A DNA stretch of 64,000 nt, from contig OZ220741.1 of assembly GCA_965116885.1 (NCBI GenBank), positions 2,432,001 through 2,496,000 of the forward strand, in the 5' to 3' direction. This stretch comes from Candidatus Latescibacterota bacterium. Its GTDB lineage: Bacteria; Latescibacterota; UBA2968. Each line of letters starts with the position of its first letter. Position 1 is the first letter of the stretch. Under the pieces are notes generated by a model. That model was not told where the DNA came from and made no database searches. It saw only the letters and a list, made by a program, of their open reading frames with translations. The position numbers were made by a program, and so were the translations under genes. Of this stretch, positions 29,597-40,121 are shown one piece after another.

Positions 29597-30091
29597 TTAT
29601 CCCTCCATTGCCCTTCGTATTTGGTCGGCAAGTGCTTCCATTTCATTTTCAGAAATATCCAAAATTCCTTCGCGCGGACTGATGGCCTTAGTCTGTTGTT
29701 TCTCATAGGGAACGCCAGGGGGCAACGGAGCTATATGCCAATGGACATGCGCGTTTCCCTGTTTACTTCCAAGAGATAGGATATACATCCGTTCCGTGCT
29801 GACGACTTTCTTGATGGCCTCTGAAATGTCGTATATGAGGGACTGGATTCTCAAATATTCGTCTTTTGTGAAGTCGCTCGTTACATGCTCTCTATGTCTG
29901 ATGGGAGACACCAGGACGTATCCGTAGAGCCGCGTGTATTTGTTCATGAATGCAACGGCAAAGTCGTCTTGATAGACAATGTGATGGGGGTTTTTACCCG
30001 CCAGCATTTCGCATATAAAGCAGGGTCCGTTTCTGGTGCGTTCTGTATATGCGTCAATGTCGTGATGTTTTAATTTTTTCACATTTTCCAT
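29597..30091 (-). CDS. HIT family hydrolase
   Basis: CFIC zinc motif and HVHWH histidine triad. Confidence 0.88.
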   Translation of the reverse strand: MENVKKLKHHDIDAYTERTRNGPCFICEMLAGKNPHHIVYQDDFAVAFMNKYTRLYGYVLVSPIRHREHVTSDFTKDEYLRIQSLIYDISEAIKKVVSTERMYILSLGSKQGNAHVHWHIAPLPPGVPYEKQQTKAISPREGILDISENEMEALADQIRRAMEG

Positions 30092-30120
30092 TGGTTGTCT
30101 TTCTGGTGGATTGTATTGTC

Positions 30121-30162
30121 AAAAAAATAAGCGACCAGGAGCATAAAGCCCAGGGTCGCTTA
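30121..30162 (-). terminator. Rho-independent terminator downstream of ino1
   Basis: TAAGCGACC...GGTCGCTTA stem followed by T7 on the minus strand; a second hairpin lies at 30177-30206. Confidence 0.7.
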
Positions 30163-30219
30163 ATATATAAGATAAACACAGTGCCTGCCAAATGGCAAGC
30201 ACTGTGCGGGAGAGAGGTT

Positions 30220-31305
30220 TTACTCTTTTAAACCGTATTGGCGAATGAAATCACTCGTCATTTCGCGAGCTTGATCGTCGCTAAATTGTCTGGGTGGCGA
30301 TTTCATCAGGTAAGACGATGGTCCCATCAAGGGGCCTTTGAGGCCGTGGTTGAGGGCGAGTTTGCAGAGCCTGACTGCGTCGATGACCACGCCCGCTGAG
30401 TTCGGTGAGTCCCAGACTTCGAGTTTGAGTTCCAGATTGAGTGGCACGCCGCCAAAAGTTTCGCCTTCCATGCGGATATGGCACCATTTGCGGTCTTCCA
30501 GCCAGGGGATGTGATCGCTGGGACCAACGTGAATATTGTCTTCTCCCAGGTCGTAGTCGAGTTGAGAGGTGACGGCTTGTGTTTTGGAGATTTTTTTGGA
30601 TTCCAGGCGTTCGCGCTCGAGCATGTTGTAAAAGTCGGTGTTGCCGCCAAAATTGAGTTGATACGTTTTGGTGAGTTTGACGCCGCGTTCTCGGAACAGG
30701 CGGGTGAGCACGCGGTGGGTGATGGTGGCGCCGACCTGTGACTTGATGTCGTCTCCGATGAGGGGCAGGCCGCGTTTTTCAAAGCGCTCGGGCCAGTGTC
30801 CGGCACTGGCGATAAAGACGGGCATGCAGTTGATGAAGGCACATCCGGCCTGGAGGACCTGTTCCACATACCACTTGGTGGCCTGTTCGCTGCCCACGGG
30901 CAGGTAATTGACGACGACATCGGTGCGCGTGGCTTTGAGGACTTCGGCAATGTCAACGGTGTCGCCTTCGGCTTTTGTGATGACTTGATCGAGGTATTTG
31001 CCCAGGCCATCGTGGGTCATGCCGCGGTAAACGGGAACGTCGAGGTGGGGAACATCGGCAAATTTGATGGTGTTGTTGGGATGTGCAAAGATGGCTTCAC
31101 TCAAGTCTTTGTCCACTTTTTCTGCATTGACGTCAAAGGCAGCAGAAAATTCAATGTCGCGGATGTGATAGCCGCCCAGGTTGGGATGCATCAATCCGGG
31201 GATGAAATCATCTTCAGAAGCATTTTTGTAGTATTCGACGCCCTGTACAAGAGAGGATGCACAGTTGCCTACGCCGATGATGGCGACTCTGACTTTCGAG
31301 GACAT
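30220..31305 (-). CDS. ino1: myo-inositol-1-phosphate synthase
   Basis: [48 protein letters not shown]. Confidence 0.95.
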   Translation of the reverse strand: MSSKVRVAIIGVGNCASSLVQGVEYYKNASEDDFIPGLMHPNLGGYHIRDIEFSAAFDVNAEKVDKDLSEAIFAHPNNTIKFADVPHLDVPVYRGMTHDGLGKYLDQVITKAEGDTVDIAEVLKATRTDVVVNYLPVGSEQATKWYVEQVLQAGCAFINCMPVFIASAGHWPERFEKRGLPLIGDDIKSQVGATITHRVLTRLFRERGVKLTKTYQLNFGGNTDFYNMLERERLESKKISKTQAVTSQLDYDLGEDNIHVGPSDHIPWLEDRKWCHIRMEGETFGGVPLNLELKLEVWDSPNSAGVVIDAVRLCKLALNHGLKGPLMGPSSYLMKSPPRQFSDDQAREMTSDFIRQYGLKE

Positions 31306-31401
31306 GTGTTTCTCCTTAAAGAGAAAGGTGTTTAAGGTATTGTCGGATAAAATGTCTGTGATTTTTTCTTATTAGACAAATCAATAATTGCTATATTATA
31401 T

Positions 31402-31416
31402 ATAGATAAAATCTAT
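31402..31416. promoter_or_regulatory. Putative LysR recognition site (T-N11-A palindrome ATAGAT-AAA-ATCTAT)
   Basis: Dyad in the AT-rich divergent ino1/LysR intergenic region. Confidence 0.6.
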
Positions 31417-31443
31417 GGAATGCATTTCGAATTGGAGCGAGAT

Positions 31444-32367
31444 ATGAATCTTTATCATTTGCGCTATTTTTTGTCTGTTGCCCAAACCGGGAGTTTTAGC
31501 CAGGCAGCCCGGGAGATGCATGTGACTCAGCCAACGGTGAGTAGTGGTGTTGCTGAATTGGAAAAAATGATGGGTGTGAGGCTTTTTAACCGGGGTGGCA
31601 AGCGCGTGGCGTTGACAATGGAAGGGCGTACGCTGGTGAATTATGCGATGCAGATTCAGGATCTGGTCGAAGAGGTAGAAGACCACTTGCAGCGGCGCGA
31701 TGTGTTGCCGGGGGAGGGGTTTCAGTTTGGCGCGATTGATGCGGCTGTGACGTATTTGTTGCCAGATATTTTGAAGGATTACAGGCGTGTTTATCCCGAT
31801 GTTTCTCTGTCTGCACAGGTGGCACCATCGCGCTATCTGGTGGATGATCTGCTGATGAATCGCTCTGAGTTTGCGGTTATTTCACTGCCTTATGATCATC
31901 CGCGCGTGGAGACGGTGTCGATTTATCGGGATTCTATGCCGCTGGTGGTGGGGGCATCTCATCCTTTTGCCGCGCGAGAAAGCGCGACTTTGCAAGAGGT
32001 GGTGCAAGAGCCTTTGATTTTGTTTCACACGGATTCCATATCGCGCAAAATTGTGGATGAGCGATTTGGGGAAGCAGGTGTGTCTCCCGGCGTGGTGATG
32101 GAGATGCGAAGTCCGGAGGCGATGCGAAAGCTGGTGGAGGTCGGTGTGGGGATTTCGTTTTTGCCTATGCTGACTGTGCAGGAGTCCCTAAGTGCCGGGG
32201 CGTTAAAGGTGGTGGATGTGGAGGGCGTGGCATTTAGCCGCGAGGTCGGTGTGGCGTGGCGGCAAGGACGCTATTTTAGCGCGGCGATTCGGTATCTGAT
32301 TGAGGCGATTTTTGGAGCATATCAAGGGCTGGAGATCTGGCACAAGAAGGTGGGGATTGCAAAATGA
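31444..32367 (+). CDS. LysR family transcriptional regulator
   Basis: LRYFLSVAQTGSFSQAA..HVTQPTVS HTH, LFNR, substrate-binding domain. Confidence 0.95.
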   Translation: MNLYHLRYFLSVAQTGSFSQAAREMHVTQPTVSSGVAELEKMMGVRLFNRGGKRVALTMEGRTLVNYAMQIQDLVEEVEDHLQRRDVLPGEGFQFGAIDAAVTYLLPDILKDYRRVYPDVSLSAQVAPSRYLVDDLLMNRSEFAVISLPYDHPRVETVSIYRDSMPLVVGASHPFAARESATLQEVVQEPLILFHTDSISRKIVDERFGEAGVSPGVVMEMRSPEAMRKLVEVGVGISFLPMLTVQESLSAGALKVVDVEGVAFSREVGVAWRQGRYFSAAIRYLIEAIFGAYQGLEIWHKKVGIAK

Positions 32368-32372
32368 GTACG

Positions 32373-33542
32373 CTAAAACTTGAATATTTTGCGTTCGGTT
32401 TGTTCAAGGGTTTGTTCGATGAGGGGGGCGAGGTCGAGCGTGGATTCGATTTCGCGGACTTTTTCCAAATTGGCGCGCGTTTCGGGGTGTTTGGGGACAA
32501 AGACAGAACAACAATCTTCGTAGGGTTCAATGGAGATTTGATATGTGCCAATGCGCCGGGCCTCGTTGATGATTTCTTCTTTGTTGTCACCGGCTAATGG
32601 TCGCAAGATAGGCAGCGGGATAACATCTTCGATGACGCGCATGTTCGACAGGGTTTGCGAGGCGACCTGTCCGACGTTTTCGCCTGTGACGAGTGCCTGG
32701 GCATTGACTTTTTGGGCTATGGCTTCTGCAATGAGAAGCATGGCGCGGCGGTAGAGAATGACGCGGTAGCTCGCAGGTGCTCGCATCATTATATGGCGTT
32801 GAATTTCGACGAATGGCACCAGGTACAGGTCCGACACGTATTGATGCCGGGTGAGGAGTTGCACGAGGTCTTCGGTGTTGCGCTGGGAGTTGCGATTGGT
32901 ATAGGGCTGGCTGTGAAAATGCACATAAGTCAATTTGACGCCGCGTTTCATAATTTTGTAAGAAGCTACGGGTGAGTCAATGCCCGAGGAGATGAGGCTT
33001 ACTGCGCGTTCATTGGATCCGACGGGCAAACCCCCTGGTGCCGAAATTTTTTCGGCGTAGATAAATATGCGTTGTGGGGCAATTTCAATAAAGCAGGTGA
33101 GGTCTGGATTGTCCATCAGGACGCGGGCACCCGACAGGGTTTGAATATGCTTGCCCACATCCCGATTGATCTGGTCCGAATTGAGGGGAAAGGTTTTGTC
33201 GCCGCGTCTGGTGACAATTTTGAAGGATTGAAAGTCGGTTTTTTGTGCAAGTGCCCAGGCTGTTTCTCGAATGGCTTCGATATTGCGTTTGGCGACCACT
33301 GCTTCGGAAAAGTTGGCGATGCCAAAGACTGTTGAGAGTCGTTCTCGGATTACATCTATCGGCGATTCTGAGGTGAGTGCGAGCATCATGCGGCCCGATA
33401 GACGTTCGAGCTTTCCGCAGGGTACGTCTTTGAGTGCGCGGTTGATGTTGGTCATCAGACGCCGTTCAAATTTGCCCCGATTTTTGCCTTTGAGGCCAAT
33501 TTCGTGATAGTGTATGAGTATGAAGCGGTCGTTGGTCGTCAT
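32373..33542 (-). CDS. thiI: tRNA 4-thiouridine synthase ThiI
   Basis: YHEIGLKGKNR, THUMP region, PP-loop SSGIDS, TGENVGQVASQT, EDCC. Confidence 0.93.
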   Translation of the reverse strand: MTTNDRFILIHYHEIGLKGKNRGKFERRLMTNINRALKDVPCGKLERLSGRMMLALTSESPIDVIRERLSTVFGIANFSEAVVAKRNIEAIRETAWALAQKTDFQSFKIVTRRGDKTFPLNSDQINRDVGKHIQTLSGARVLMDNPDLTCFIEIAPQRIFIYAEKISAPGGLPVGSNERAVSLISSGIDSPVASYKIMKRGVKLTYVHFHSQPYTNRNSQRNTEDLVQLLTRHQYVSDLYLVPFVEIQRHIMMRAPASYRVILYRRAMLLIAEAIAQKVNAQALVTGENVGQVASQTLSNMRVIEDVIPLPILRPLAGDNKEEIINEARRIGTYQISIEPYEDCCSVFVPKHPETRANLEKVREIESTLDLAPLIEQTLEQTERKIFKF

Positions 33543-35122
33543 GAGATGGGTTGGGGATTAAGGGATAAATCGCGCTGGAGTATAACGAGGGTTATATCGT
33601 CGGTGCGCCGCGCGTTGCCAATAAAGGCTTTGATATTGGCGACGAGGTCGGCAATCAGGTCTGTGGGTGTCCGATCTATGGATGCGCGTTCGAGACAACG
33701 GACAAATCGGTCGTCGTCAAAGAAGTTGCGTTTGGCATTTTGGGCTTCGACAACACCGTCGGAGTAGAGCACAAGGCGATCACCGGGTGCGAGTGTTAAA
33801 TGTTCAACGCGATAGGGCGTTTGGGGGCGTACAAGTGCCGGAATGCCAAGGGGATATCCCGCGAGGTCGATAAATTGAGATCGGTTGGAAAGATGGATCG
33901 GTGGACAGTGTCCTGCACTTGCAAGCGTGACTTCGCCGGTGGGTACGTCGAGCACAGCGATGCAGCATGTGATAAATGTAGTCTGGTCAATCTGACCTTC
34001 CAGTGAGTCATTAAGACCGTCGAGAATATCGGCTGGCGCAACGCGATTTTGACATTCATAGCGGAGCATTTCATTGAAACGCACGGCGGTCACGGCTGCT
34101 TCCATGGCTTTGCCAGAGACATCGGCAACGACGATGCCGAGTTTTGTTTTGTCTTCATCCAACCAGCGGTACGTATAGTAATCCCCGCCGACGCTGTTGG
34201 CGGGAATACAGGTTCCGTCGATTGCAAAACCAGGCAGGTCGGGACTGGATTGTGGCAATAGACCCATTTGCATGTCGTGCGCTGTTTGCAATTCGTCGCG
34301 CATTTCCGAAAATTGTTGTTTGTAGCTCTCCCACTGTCGCGCTTCTTCGCAAAGGGTCTGGTTGTAGGCCGATGCAAAAATTCCGAGGGCGAGGGGTTGA
34401 AAGAGGACGAAGACACAGAGTTGGGCTAAGGCATTGTCGGTGATGCTGTCGGTGAGAGCGACTGAGCCTGCAAGAATTCCGAGCGCGGTGAGTATAAGCG
34501 CGCAGTGGCGAAAAAAGCCGTAGCGTTCTACAGCTTTGCGACTTTCGACATAGGCTTCATCGATGTGTACCCCCCGGTCTGCTGCCAGAAGATAGATATA
34601 GAAGCATTTGACAACAAAAATGAGGCCGGGTAAAAATAAGAGGCAAGCTGCCGGAATGACGGCATAATAAATAATATTTTTGTCTTCTAAGAATCTTCCA
34701 ATGTTTTCTGGTGCAGTGGGGATATCCCAGGTCGTTTCCCGAGCGACGACCTGTTTGAATGCATTGAGCAGGAATGCAAAGAAATCACTGTTCACAAAAA
34801 CCAGCGCCACAATGAGGGCGAAGCCGAGAATAAAAAACAGGAAGATAAAAATGTTCATCGAAAAAAAACGGACGAAACGAATGATCTGCCCAAATAGATC
34901 TCGCATATGGGGTTTTGCTCCTTGCTGCGCGCGCAAGATCATGATGGCAAAGCCAGCATATAAGCTGCCCAGGAGCAAAGTGCCCGATACCGCACTCAGG
35001 AGTATTGCCAAGAATGAAGCGAGGAACAAAAGGGGCAGGTGACTTGCCCAGGAAGATATGCTGTCGTTGAGACAGCGAAGGTATTGGAGATTTGCCCGAA
35101 CGGGGATATCGAGAGGAGCCAT
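33539..35122 (-). CDS. Membrane-anchored PP2C/SpoIIE-type Ser/Thr phosphatase
   Basis: N-terminal TM domain; VGGDYY, ADVSGK, SAGH, YSDG, DDIT motifs. Confidence 0.88.
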   Translation of the reverse strand: MAPLDIPVRANLQYLRCLNDSISSWASHLPLLFLASFLAILLSAVSGTLLLGSLYAGFAIMILRAQQGAKPHMRDLFGQIIRFVRFFSMNIFIFLFFILGFALIVALVFVNSDFFAFLLNAFKQVVARETTWDIPTAPENIGRFLEDKNIIYYAVIPAACLLFLPGLIFVVKCFYIYLLAADRGVHIDEAYVESRKAVERYGFFRHCALILTALGILAGSVALTDSITDNALAQLCVFVLFQPLALGIFASAYNQTLCEEARQWESYKQQFSEMRDELQTAHDMQMGLLPQSSPDLPGFAIDGTCIPANSVGGDYYTYRWLDEDKTKLGIVVADVSGKAMEAAVTAVRFNEMLRYECQNRVAPADILDGLNDSLEGQIDQTTFITCCIAVLDVPTGEVTLASAGHCPPIHLSNRSQFIDLAGYPLGIPALVRPQTPYRVEHLTLAPGDRLVLYSDGVVEAQNAKRNFFDDDRFVRCLERASIDRTPTDLIADLVANIKAFIGNARRTDDITLVILQRDLSLNPQPIS

Positions 35123-35127
35123 AGCAA

Positions 35128-36537
35128 TCAGGGTTTTTCTTTGTTGAGTTTGTATTTGCGGTACAGGTGGCGAAATTGGTCGTAGCTGAGTTTGAGTTGT
35201 TTGGCGGCTTCGCGCTGGTTCCAGGAGACTTTATCGAGAATGCGCCGCAATAGACTCAGTTCAAAGGATTGCACTTGTGATTCAAAGCCGTCGTTTAATT
35301 CGGGTGATTGGGGCACCTGTTGAGAAACTTCGGGTGGCAGATCGCCGGATTCAATCTCAGTTCCACGGGCGACACAGGCTGCGCGTTCGGCTGCAAATTT
35401 GAGTTCGCGCACGTTGCCCGGCCAGCGATATGTCATCAGGCGTTCTGTTGCCGCATCGGAAAAATCGCGTTTTTGAAGGCCCGGTACTTCCTCGACGATT
35501 TGCGCGACAAAATAATCGGCTAATGCGGGAATGTCTTCTCGGCGTTCGCGCAATGGGGGCATGTGCAAGACTTCAAAACGCAATCTGTCGTAGAGGTCCT
35601 GGCGGAATCGGCCTTCGGCAATTTCCGTTTCGAGATTGGTATTCGTGGCGGCAATAACGCGCACGTCGATAAAGATGGGTGTCGCGCTGCCCACGCGCTG
35701 GATTTCGCTATATTCTATGGCGCGCAATACGTTTTGTTGAAATTCGGGGGTGGTGTTGCCGATTTCATCGAGAAACAGGGTGCCGCCACTCGCGGCTTCA
35801 AATTTGCCCGTGCGGGCTTCTGTCGCGCCCGTATATGCCCCTTTTTCGTGTCCAAAGAGTTCACTTTCGAGCAATTGGTCGGCAATGGCGGCGCAATTGA
35901 CTTTGACAAAAGGACGGTCTTTGCGGTCACTGCCATAGTGGATGGCAGCGGCGACGAGTTCTTTGCCCGTTCCGGGTTCGCCCGTGATGAGCGCGGGCCG
36001 GGGGATGGGGGCTACGGTTTGCGCTCGCTGGAGAATTTGCTGGAGTTTGGGGCTGGAGCCGATGATTTGATAACGCTTGCCAAATTCGTCTCGGTAGAAT
36101 TGGTTTTCGCGCCCCAGGTCCTGAACTTCGGCTCGCAGTTGGGCGTTTTCTCTGAGTGCTTGATACACGCGGTCGAGTTTTTCAAGGCTGAGTTCGATCT
36201 TGTCTTCGATATAAAAGTCTTTTTCAATAAAGTCTGTTGCGCCCAATCGCAATGCAGCCACGGCAGTATCTATTGTGCCCTGGCCGGTGAGCATAATGAC
36301 GGGCAGGGCGGGGACCGCTTCGAGCATTTGCGGTAAAATTTCGAGGCCGTCGGGTTCATTGGGGCCGTAATCGAGGTCGAGAATGGCCAGACTAATCTGA
36401 TCGGGATACTGTTTGAGATGTGCCAGAGCTTCGCGCCCGGTCGAAAAGGCATGGACAGTGCGCGTGTCGTCTCGCAGGCTTCGAATTAGCATGTCGAGGA
36501 CTTCTATCTGGTCGTCAGCAACGATAATTTCGGTCAT
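35128..36537 (-). CDS. Sigma54-dependent response regulator (REC + AAA+ + HTH), PspF-like
   Basis: ADD..LD..TG..K receiver; [38 protein letters not shown]; tail [19 protein letters not shown] resembles the PspF HTH. Confidence 0.9.
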   Translation of the reverse strand: MTEIIVADDQIEVLDMLIRSLRDDTRTVHAFSTGREALAHLKQYPDQISLAILDLDYGPNEPDGLEILPQMLEAVPALPVIMLTGQGTIDTAVAALRLGATDFIEKDFYIEDKIELSLEKLDRVYQALRENAQLRAEVQDLGRENQFYRDEFGKRYQIIGSSPKLQQILQRAQTVAPIPRPALITGEPGTGKELVAAAIHYGSDRKDRPFVKVNCAAIADQLLESELFGHEKGAYTGATEARTGKFEAASGGTLFLDEIGNTTPEFQQNVLRAIEYSEIQRVGSATPIFIDVRVIAATNTNLETEIAEGRFRQDLYDRLRFEVLHMPPLRERREDIPALADYFVAQIVEEVPGLQKRDFSDAATERLMTYRWPGNVRELKFAAERAACVARGTEIESGDLPPEVSQQVPQSPELNDGFESQVQSFELSLLRRILDKVSWNQREAAKQLKLSYDQFRHLYRKYKLNKEKP

Positions 36538-36559
36538 GGGAGCAATATTGAAAAGGGTC

Positions 36560-37822
36560 TTATTGAATAAATTCTTCTGCTATAGGATCGCGTGAGGTGT
36601 CGGGAACGCTGTGTTGCAGACCAATGCTGTCTTGTTGTGTTGAGACTTCAAAATCGACGGGCAGGTCAATGCGGAAAACCGCACCTGCGCCCGGGCGGCT
36701 GATTACGCGCAGTGTGCCGCGGTGTGCCGCTGCAATGCGAGAGCAGATACTCAGCCCATATCCATTGCCCCTTTCCCGCGTTGAAAATCCGGGGTCAAAT
36801 ATACGGGTTTGCAAATTTTCGGGAATGCCGGGACCATTGTCTTCTACTTCAATATATACCGAACTGCGCTCTGTATCAGCGCCGACCTGTACTGTTACCA
36901 CGCCATTGTCTTCAACGGCTTCGATGGCGTTGAGGGTCAGGTTTGTGACGGCTTCAGATAGCATGCCTGCATCCGCTTTTACCTGAGGTACATGAGGTTC
37001 GGCTGCAAATGTGAGCTCTTTTTGCCCTGCTCGTGCAGAGAGTTTGTGGGTCATTTTTTCAATGAGTTGGGGCACATCGACCAGCGCGGGGTTCATGGTG
37101 TCTTGTTTCATAGATCGCAAATAGGCAACCCACTGGTTGTAGATGTGTTCTTGTTCGTGCGCGATGTCTTTAAGATCATCCAGGCCGTGTGTATCTGGCG
37201 GTACATTGCGTATGGCGCGGCGCATTCGGCTGCCGGAGAGGCCCATCAGATTTTTGATGCGGTGGCCGTGCGTGTAGAGGCTTTCATAGACCTGGGCGCG
37301 GCCCAGGTCTATGAGTTCGAGAGAGAGCCGCGCGAGAATACCCGGTGCTCTAACACCAAATTCTTCGGTGATGCTTTCGTATTCGCGTTCCATTTGCGTT
37401 GAACTCATGTGGTGAAAGAGCAATCGAGCGAGATTACCATAGGGCAGCATGTAATCGGGTTCGAGGTGTATGGCGATTTTAAACTCGCCAAGTGCCGATA
37501 AAATTTGCCCATTTTGCATGAGCAAAACGCCCAGGTTGTTGTGCCCGGGCGCGAAGAGTGGATCGGCTTCTAAACCCCGGCGATAAATGGGAATCGCGCG
37601 AGATGCGTTTTCCGGAAAGTCATCGAGCAGGCTACCCAATAAAAAACAGACGCGGTCAATGAGGGCTTGTTCACCACCCCGGTTATCGACAGACAAAATG
37701 TATTCGAGGTGTTCAACCGCTTTTTTGTAGTCGTCTGAACCCGGTGTTGCCCCGCGAGCGTGTTGTAGGGCCGTTTGGAAACGGGATTCTATGTCCGGGG
37801 CTATGTTCAGGGTGTTGGTCAT
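36560..37822 (-). CDS. Cytoplasmic TPR-containing sensor histidine kinase
   Basis: TPR repeats (GHNNLGV..A..EF..A), H-box GHRIKN, N-box NLTLNA, DNGPG, F-box IFDPGFST, GYGL; no TM. Confidence 0.85.
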   Translation of the reverse strand: MTNTLNIAPDIESRFQTALQHARGATPGSDDYKKAVEHLEYILSVDNRGGEQALIDRVCFLLGSLLDDFPENASRAIPIYRRGLEADPLFAPGHNNLGVLLMQNGQILSALGEFKIAIHLEPDYMLPYGNLARLLFHHMSSTQMEREYESITEEFGVRAPGILARLSLELIDLGRAQVYESLYTHGHRIKNLMGLSGSRMRRAIRNVPPDTHGLDDLKDIAHEQEHIYNQWVAYLRSMKQDTMNPALVDVPQLIEKMTHKLSARAGQKELTFAAEPHVPQVKADAGMLSEAVTNLTLNAIEAVEDNGVVTVQVGADTERSSVYIEVEDNGPGIPENLQTRIFDPGFSTRERGNGYGLSICSRIAAAHRGTLRVISRPGAGAVFRIDLPVDFEVSTQQDSIGLQHSVPDTSRDPIAEEFIQ

Positions 37823-37844
37823 AGCAGTACTTGTGCGTTGTCGC

Positions 37845-39365
37845 CTACGCCTCTGCGTCTTCTGTGGTATCGGGTTTGTCATTTTCCCCGGACGTTTGTT
37901 CGCCGTTCATTTTGCCCAAAAATTCGGGTAATTCAAGCCCTGCCAGACGCGCCAGATCGTGCATGGGCGGTATGGCACCCATGAGGCGTTGTCCCAGGTT
38001 GGACATGCCACTGTCGCCATTGCCGCTATCCCAGACCATTACTTTGTCGATGGGCAGGTTGCTAATGGCCTCTGCCTGGATGTTGGCGACTTCGGTGAGG
38101 CGTTCGATGATCAGGAAGGCCGCTGCAGCTTGATCGTTGCTGCCACAGGCTTCAACGAGTTGTCTGTATCCTTCGGCTTTCGCGTTGAGAATGGCCTGAG
38201 TCCCCTCAGCTTCTGCCTGTTTTTGTGCGAGAATGGCTGCGGCTTCACCTTCGGCAATAAGCCGTCGCTGTTCTTTTTCGGCTTCTGCTTGAACGACCTG
38301 GCGCTGTTTTTCGGCTTCTGCCTGAACGACGATTTCTGCCCGCAAACGCGCTTCTTCGCGCAGTGCTCGGGCTTCTTCGGCTGCTTTTTCCGCGGTTTCC
38401 TGGGCGACGCGAATGGCACCGTCGGCACCTTTGGCCGCTTCTTCTGCTTTTCGGCGCGCTTCTTCTTCTGCAACGCGTTGCTGTGCGCGATAGCCCGCTG
38501 TTTTTGCTTCGGCTTCTGTTTCTGACTGTACGGCTTCTGCTTCGAGAGCGGCGACATTTTGGCGTTTGTCTCGCCCTGCCTCGGCTTCGCCAATTTCTGC
38601 TTCTGATTCGAGTGCGGCGACCTGTCGTCGTCTGTTTCGCGCGGCTTCGGCTTCGCCCACTTCGGCTTCTGATTCGGCTGCGGCGACGTCCCGACGGCGG
38701 TCGCGTGCGCGTTCGGCCACGCCGACCTGTCCGTGTCGCTCTTGCTCGGCCACGTCGATAGATGCCTGGTTCACGGCTTCAGCGGCAGCTTTTTGGCCGA
38801 TGGCTTTGATGTAGCCGCTTTCGTCGTCGAGGTCTTTGATGTTGACATTGATAACGGCCAGACCAATTTTTTCCATTTCAGTGGAGACGGCATCATTAAC
38901 TTTGGTCATGAATGCCTGTCGGTCCTGATTGATTTCTTCAATTTTCATGGTTGCAATGACTGCGCGCATCTGGCCGAGGATGATGTCCTGTGCCTGGCTC
39001 TGAATTTGATCGCGGGACAGGCCCAGGAGGCGGATGGCTGCGTTTTGCATGACGCCGGGCTGATTGGAGATGGCTGCTGTGACTGTGGTGGGCACGGATA
39101 CGCGGATGTTTTCCTGTGATAGCGCGTTGTCCAGGTCGATGGGTACGACAAAGGGTTCGAGGTCGAGGTACTCGTAATCCTGCAAAAGGGGCAGGACAAA
39201 TGCTGCGCCGCCGTGTACACATTTTGCGGCTGTGCCACCTCCTGTTTTGCCGTAGATGACGAGAATTTTGTTGGATGGACAGCGCTTGTAACGCGAGATA
39301 AATGTGAGGAACAGCAATAATACAACGGCTGATAGGAGTACGGTGAGAATGAATTCGGTGGGCAT
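37845..39365 (-). CDS. Flotillin family SPFH protein
   Basis: N-terminal TM, SPFH domain, long AEA/EAE coiled-coil repeats, IDKVMVWD. Confidence 0.9.
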   Translation of the reverse strand: MPTEFILTVLLSAVVLLLFLTFISRYKRCPSNKILVIYGKTGGGTAAKCVHGGAAFVLPLLQDYEYLDLEPFVVPIDLDNALSQENIRVSVPTTVTAAISNQPGVMQNAAIRLLGLSRDQIQSQAQDIILGQMRAVIATMKIEEINQDRQAFMTKVNDAVSTEMEKIGLAVINVNIKDLDDESGYIKAIGQKAAAEAVNQASIDVAEQERHGQVGVAERARDRRRDVAAAESEAEVGEAEAARNRRRQVAALESEAEIGEAEAGRDKRQNVAALEAEAVQSETEAEAKTAGYRAQQRVAEEEARRKAEEAAKGADGAIRVAQETAEKAAEEARALREEARLRAEIVVQAEAEKQRQVVQAEAEKEQRRLIAEGEAAAILAQKQAEAEGTQAILNAKAEGYRQLVEACGSNDQAAAAFLIIERLTEVANIQAEAISNLPIDKVMVWDSGNGDSGMSNLGQRLMGAIPPMHDLARLAGLELPEFLGKMNGEQTSGENDKPDTTEDAEA

Positions 39366-39386
39366 AGGACCTCCCTTGGTTCAGGA

Positions 39387-39986
39387 TTAAATGGGTTCGA
39401 CTTCAACAGTGGTTATGTCGAGTGTTCGCAATACGCGCACCGGCGTTTTGTTCTGGATGGGCAGCCCGTCTTTGCTGCGCGCAGAGATGTAGTTGACAGC
39501 CCCGCTTTCCATTACGCGGATTTGACCAGCGCCATTTTCGGGGATGTCGATATAGACTTCGCCTTCATTGCCGATGCAGGATGATAGGTTTCGGTTATGC
39601 GATTCGGAGAGTTGTTGCACTTTGTAGAAGAAGTACGCAACCAGGACCATCCCCGCGCCGCCCCATACGAGGCCGCGTAGAACCGACTCTTCGATTGAGA
39701 GGCCCAGGTCGAGGTAGAGTGCGCCTGCCCATCCAAAGAGCATGCCAAAGGCGATCACAGAGCGCAGTGAGAGCAGTTGAAAGGTTGCGACACCGTGATC
39801 ATAAGGACTATTATCGACATCTGGTCCTGCATCGTTGGCATTGAAGTCGTCGGCAAGGCCATCTGCGGAATCGCCCAGGCCGATGAGTGTTGTGATAAAT
39901 TGCCAGAGAAACAAAAGGGTGAAGAAGACAGCGCAGCCATAGAATGCCTGATTGAGAGGCGCGAGTTCTGACCACCATGCCTGCAT
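39387..39986 (-). CDS. NfeD-like membrane protein (flotillin partner)
   Basis: Three TM plus C-terminal OB-like 'IG.EGEVY..IP..G.GQI.V'; directly upstream of flotillin; GGAGG RBS. Confidence 0.8.
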   Translation of the reverse strand: MQAWWSELAPLNQAFYGCAVFFTLLFLWQFITTLIGLGDSADGLADDFNANDAGPDVDNSPYDHGVATFQLLSLRSVIAFGMLFGWAGALYLDLGLSIEESVLRGLVWGGAGMVLVAYFFYKVQQLSESHNRNLSSCIGNEGEVYIDIPENGAGQIRVMESGAVNYISARSKDGLPIQNKTPVRVLRTLDITTVEVEPI

Positions 39987-40121
39987 AATTAACCTCCAGA
40001 AATCGATTGCGCGTTTTATCAACTACTTTGGGCAGAGAAGTAGGAAACTGCGACGCGTGAACCTGTTATTCCTAAATTTGTCCATGAGAGAGGCGAAAAG
40101 CAAGGGTTATTTCTTATCCGG

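Noticed and set aside
38200..38760. Low-complexity GCTTCGGC-type repeats
   Set aside because: Encode the flotillin AEA/EAE coiled coil
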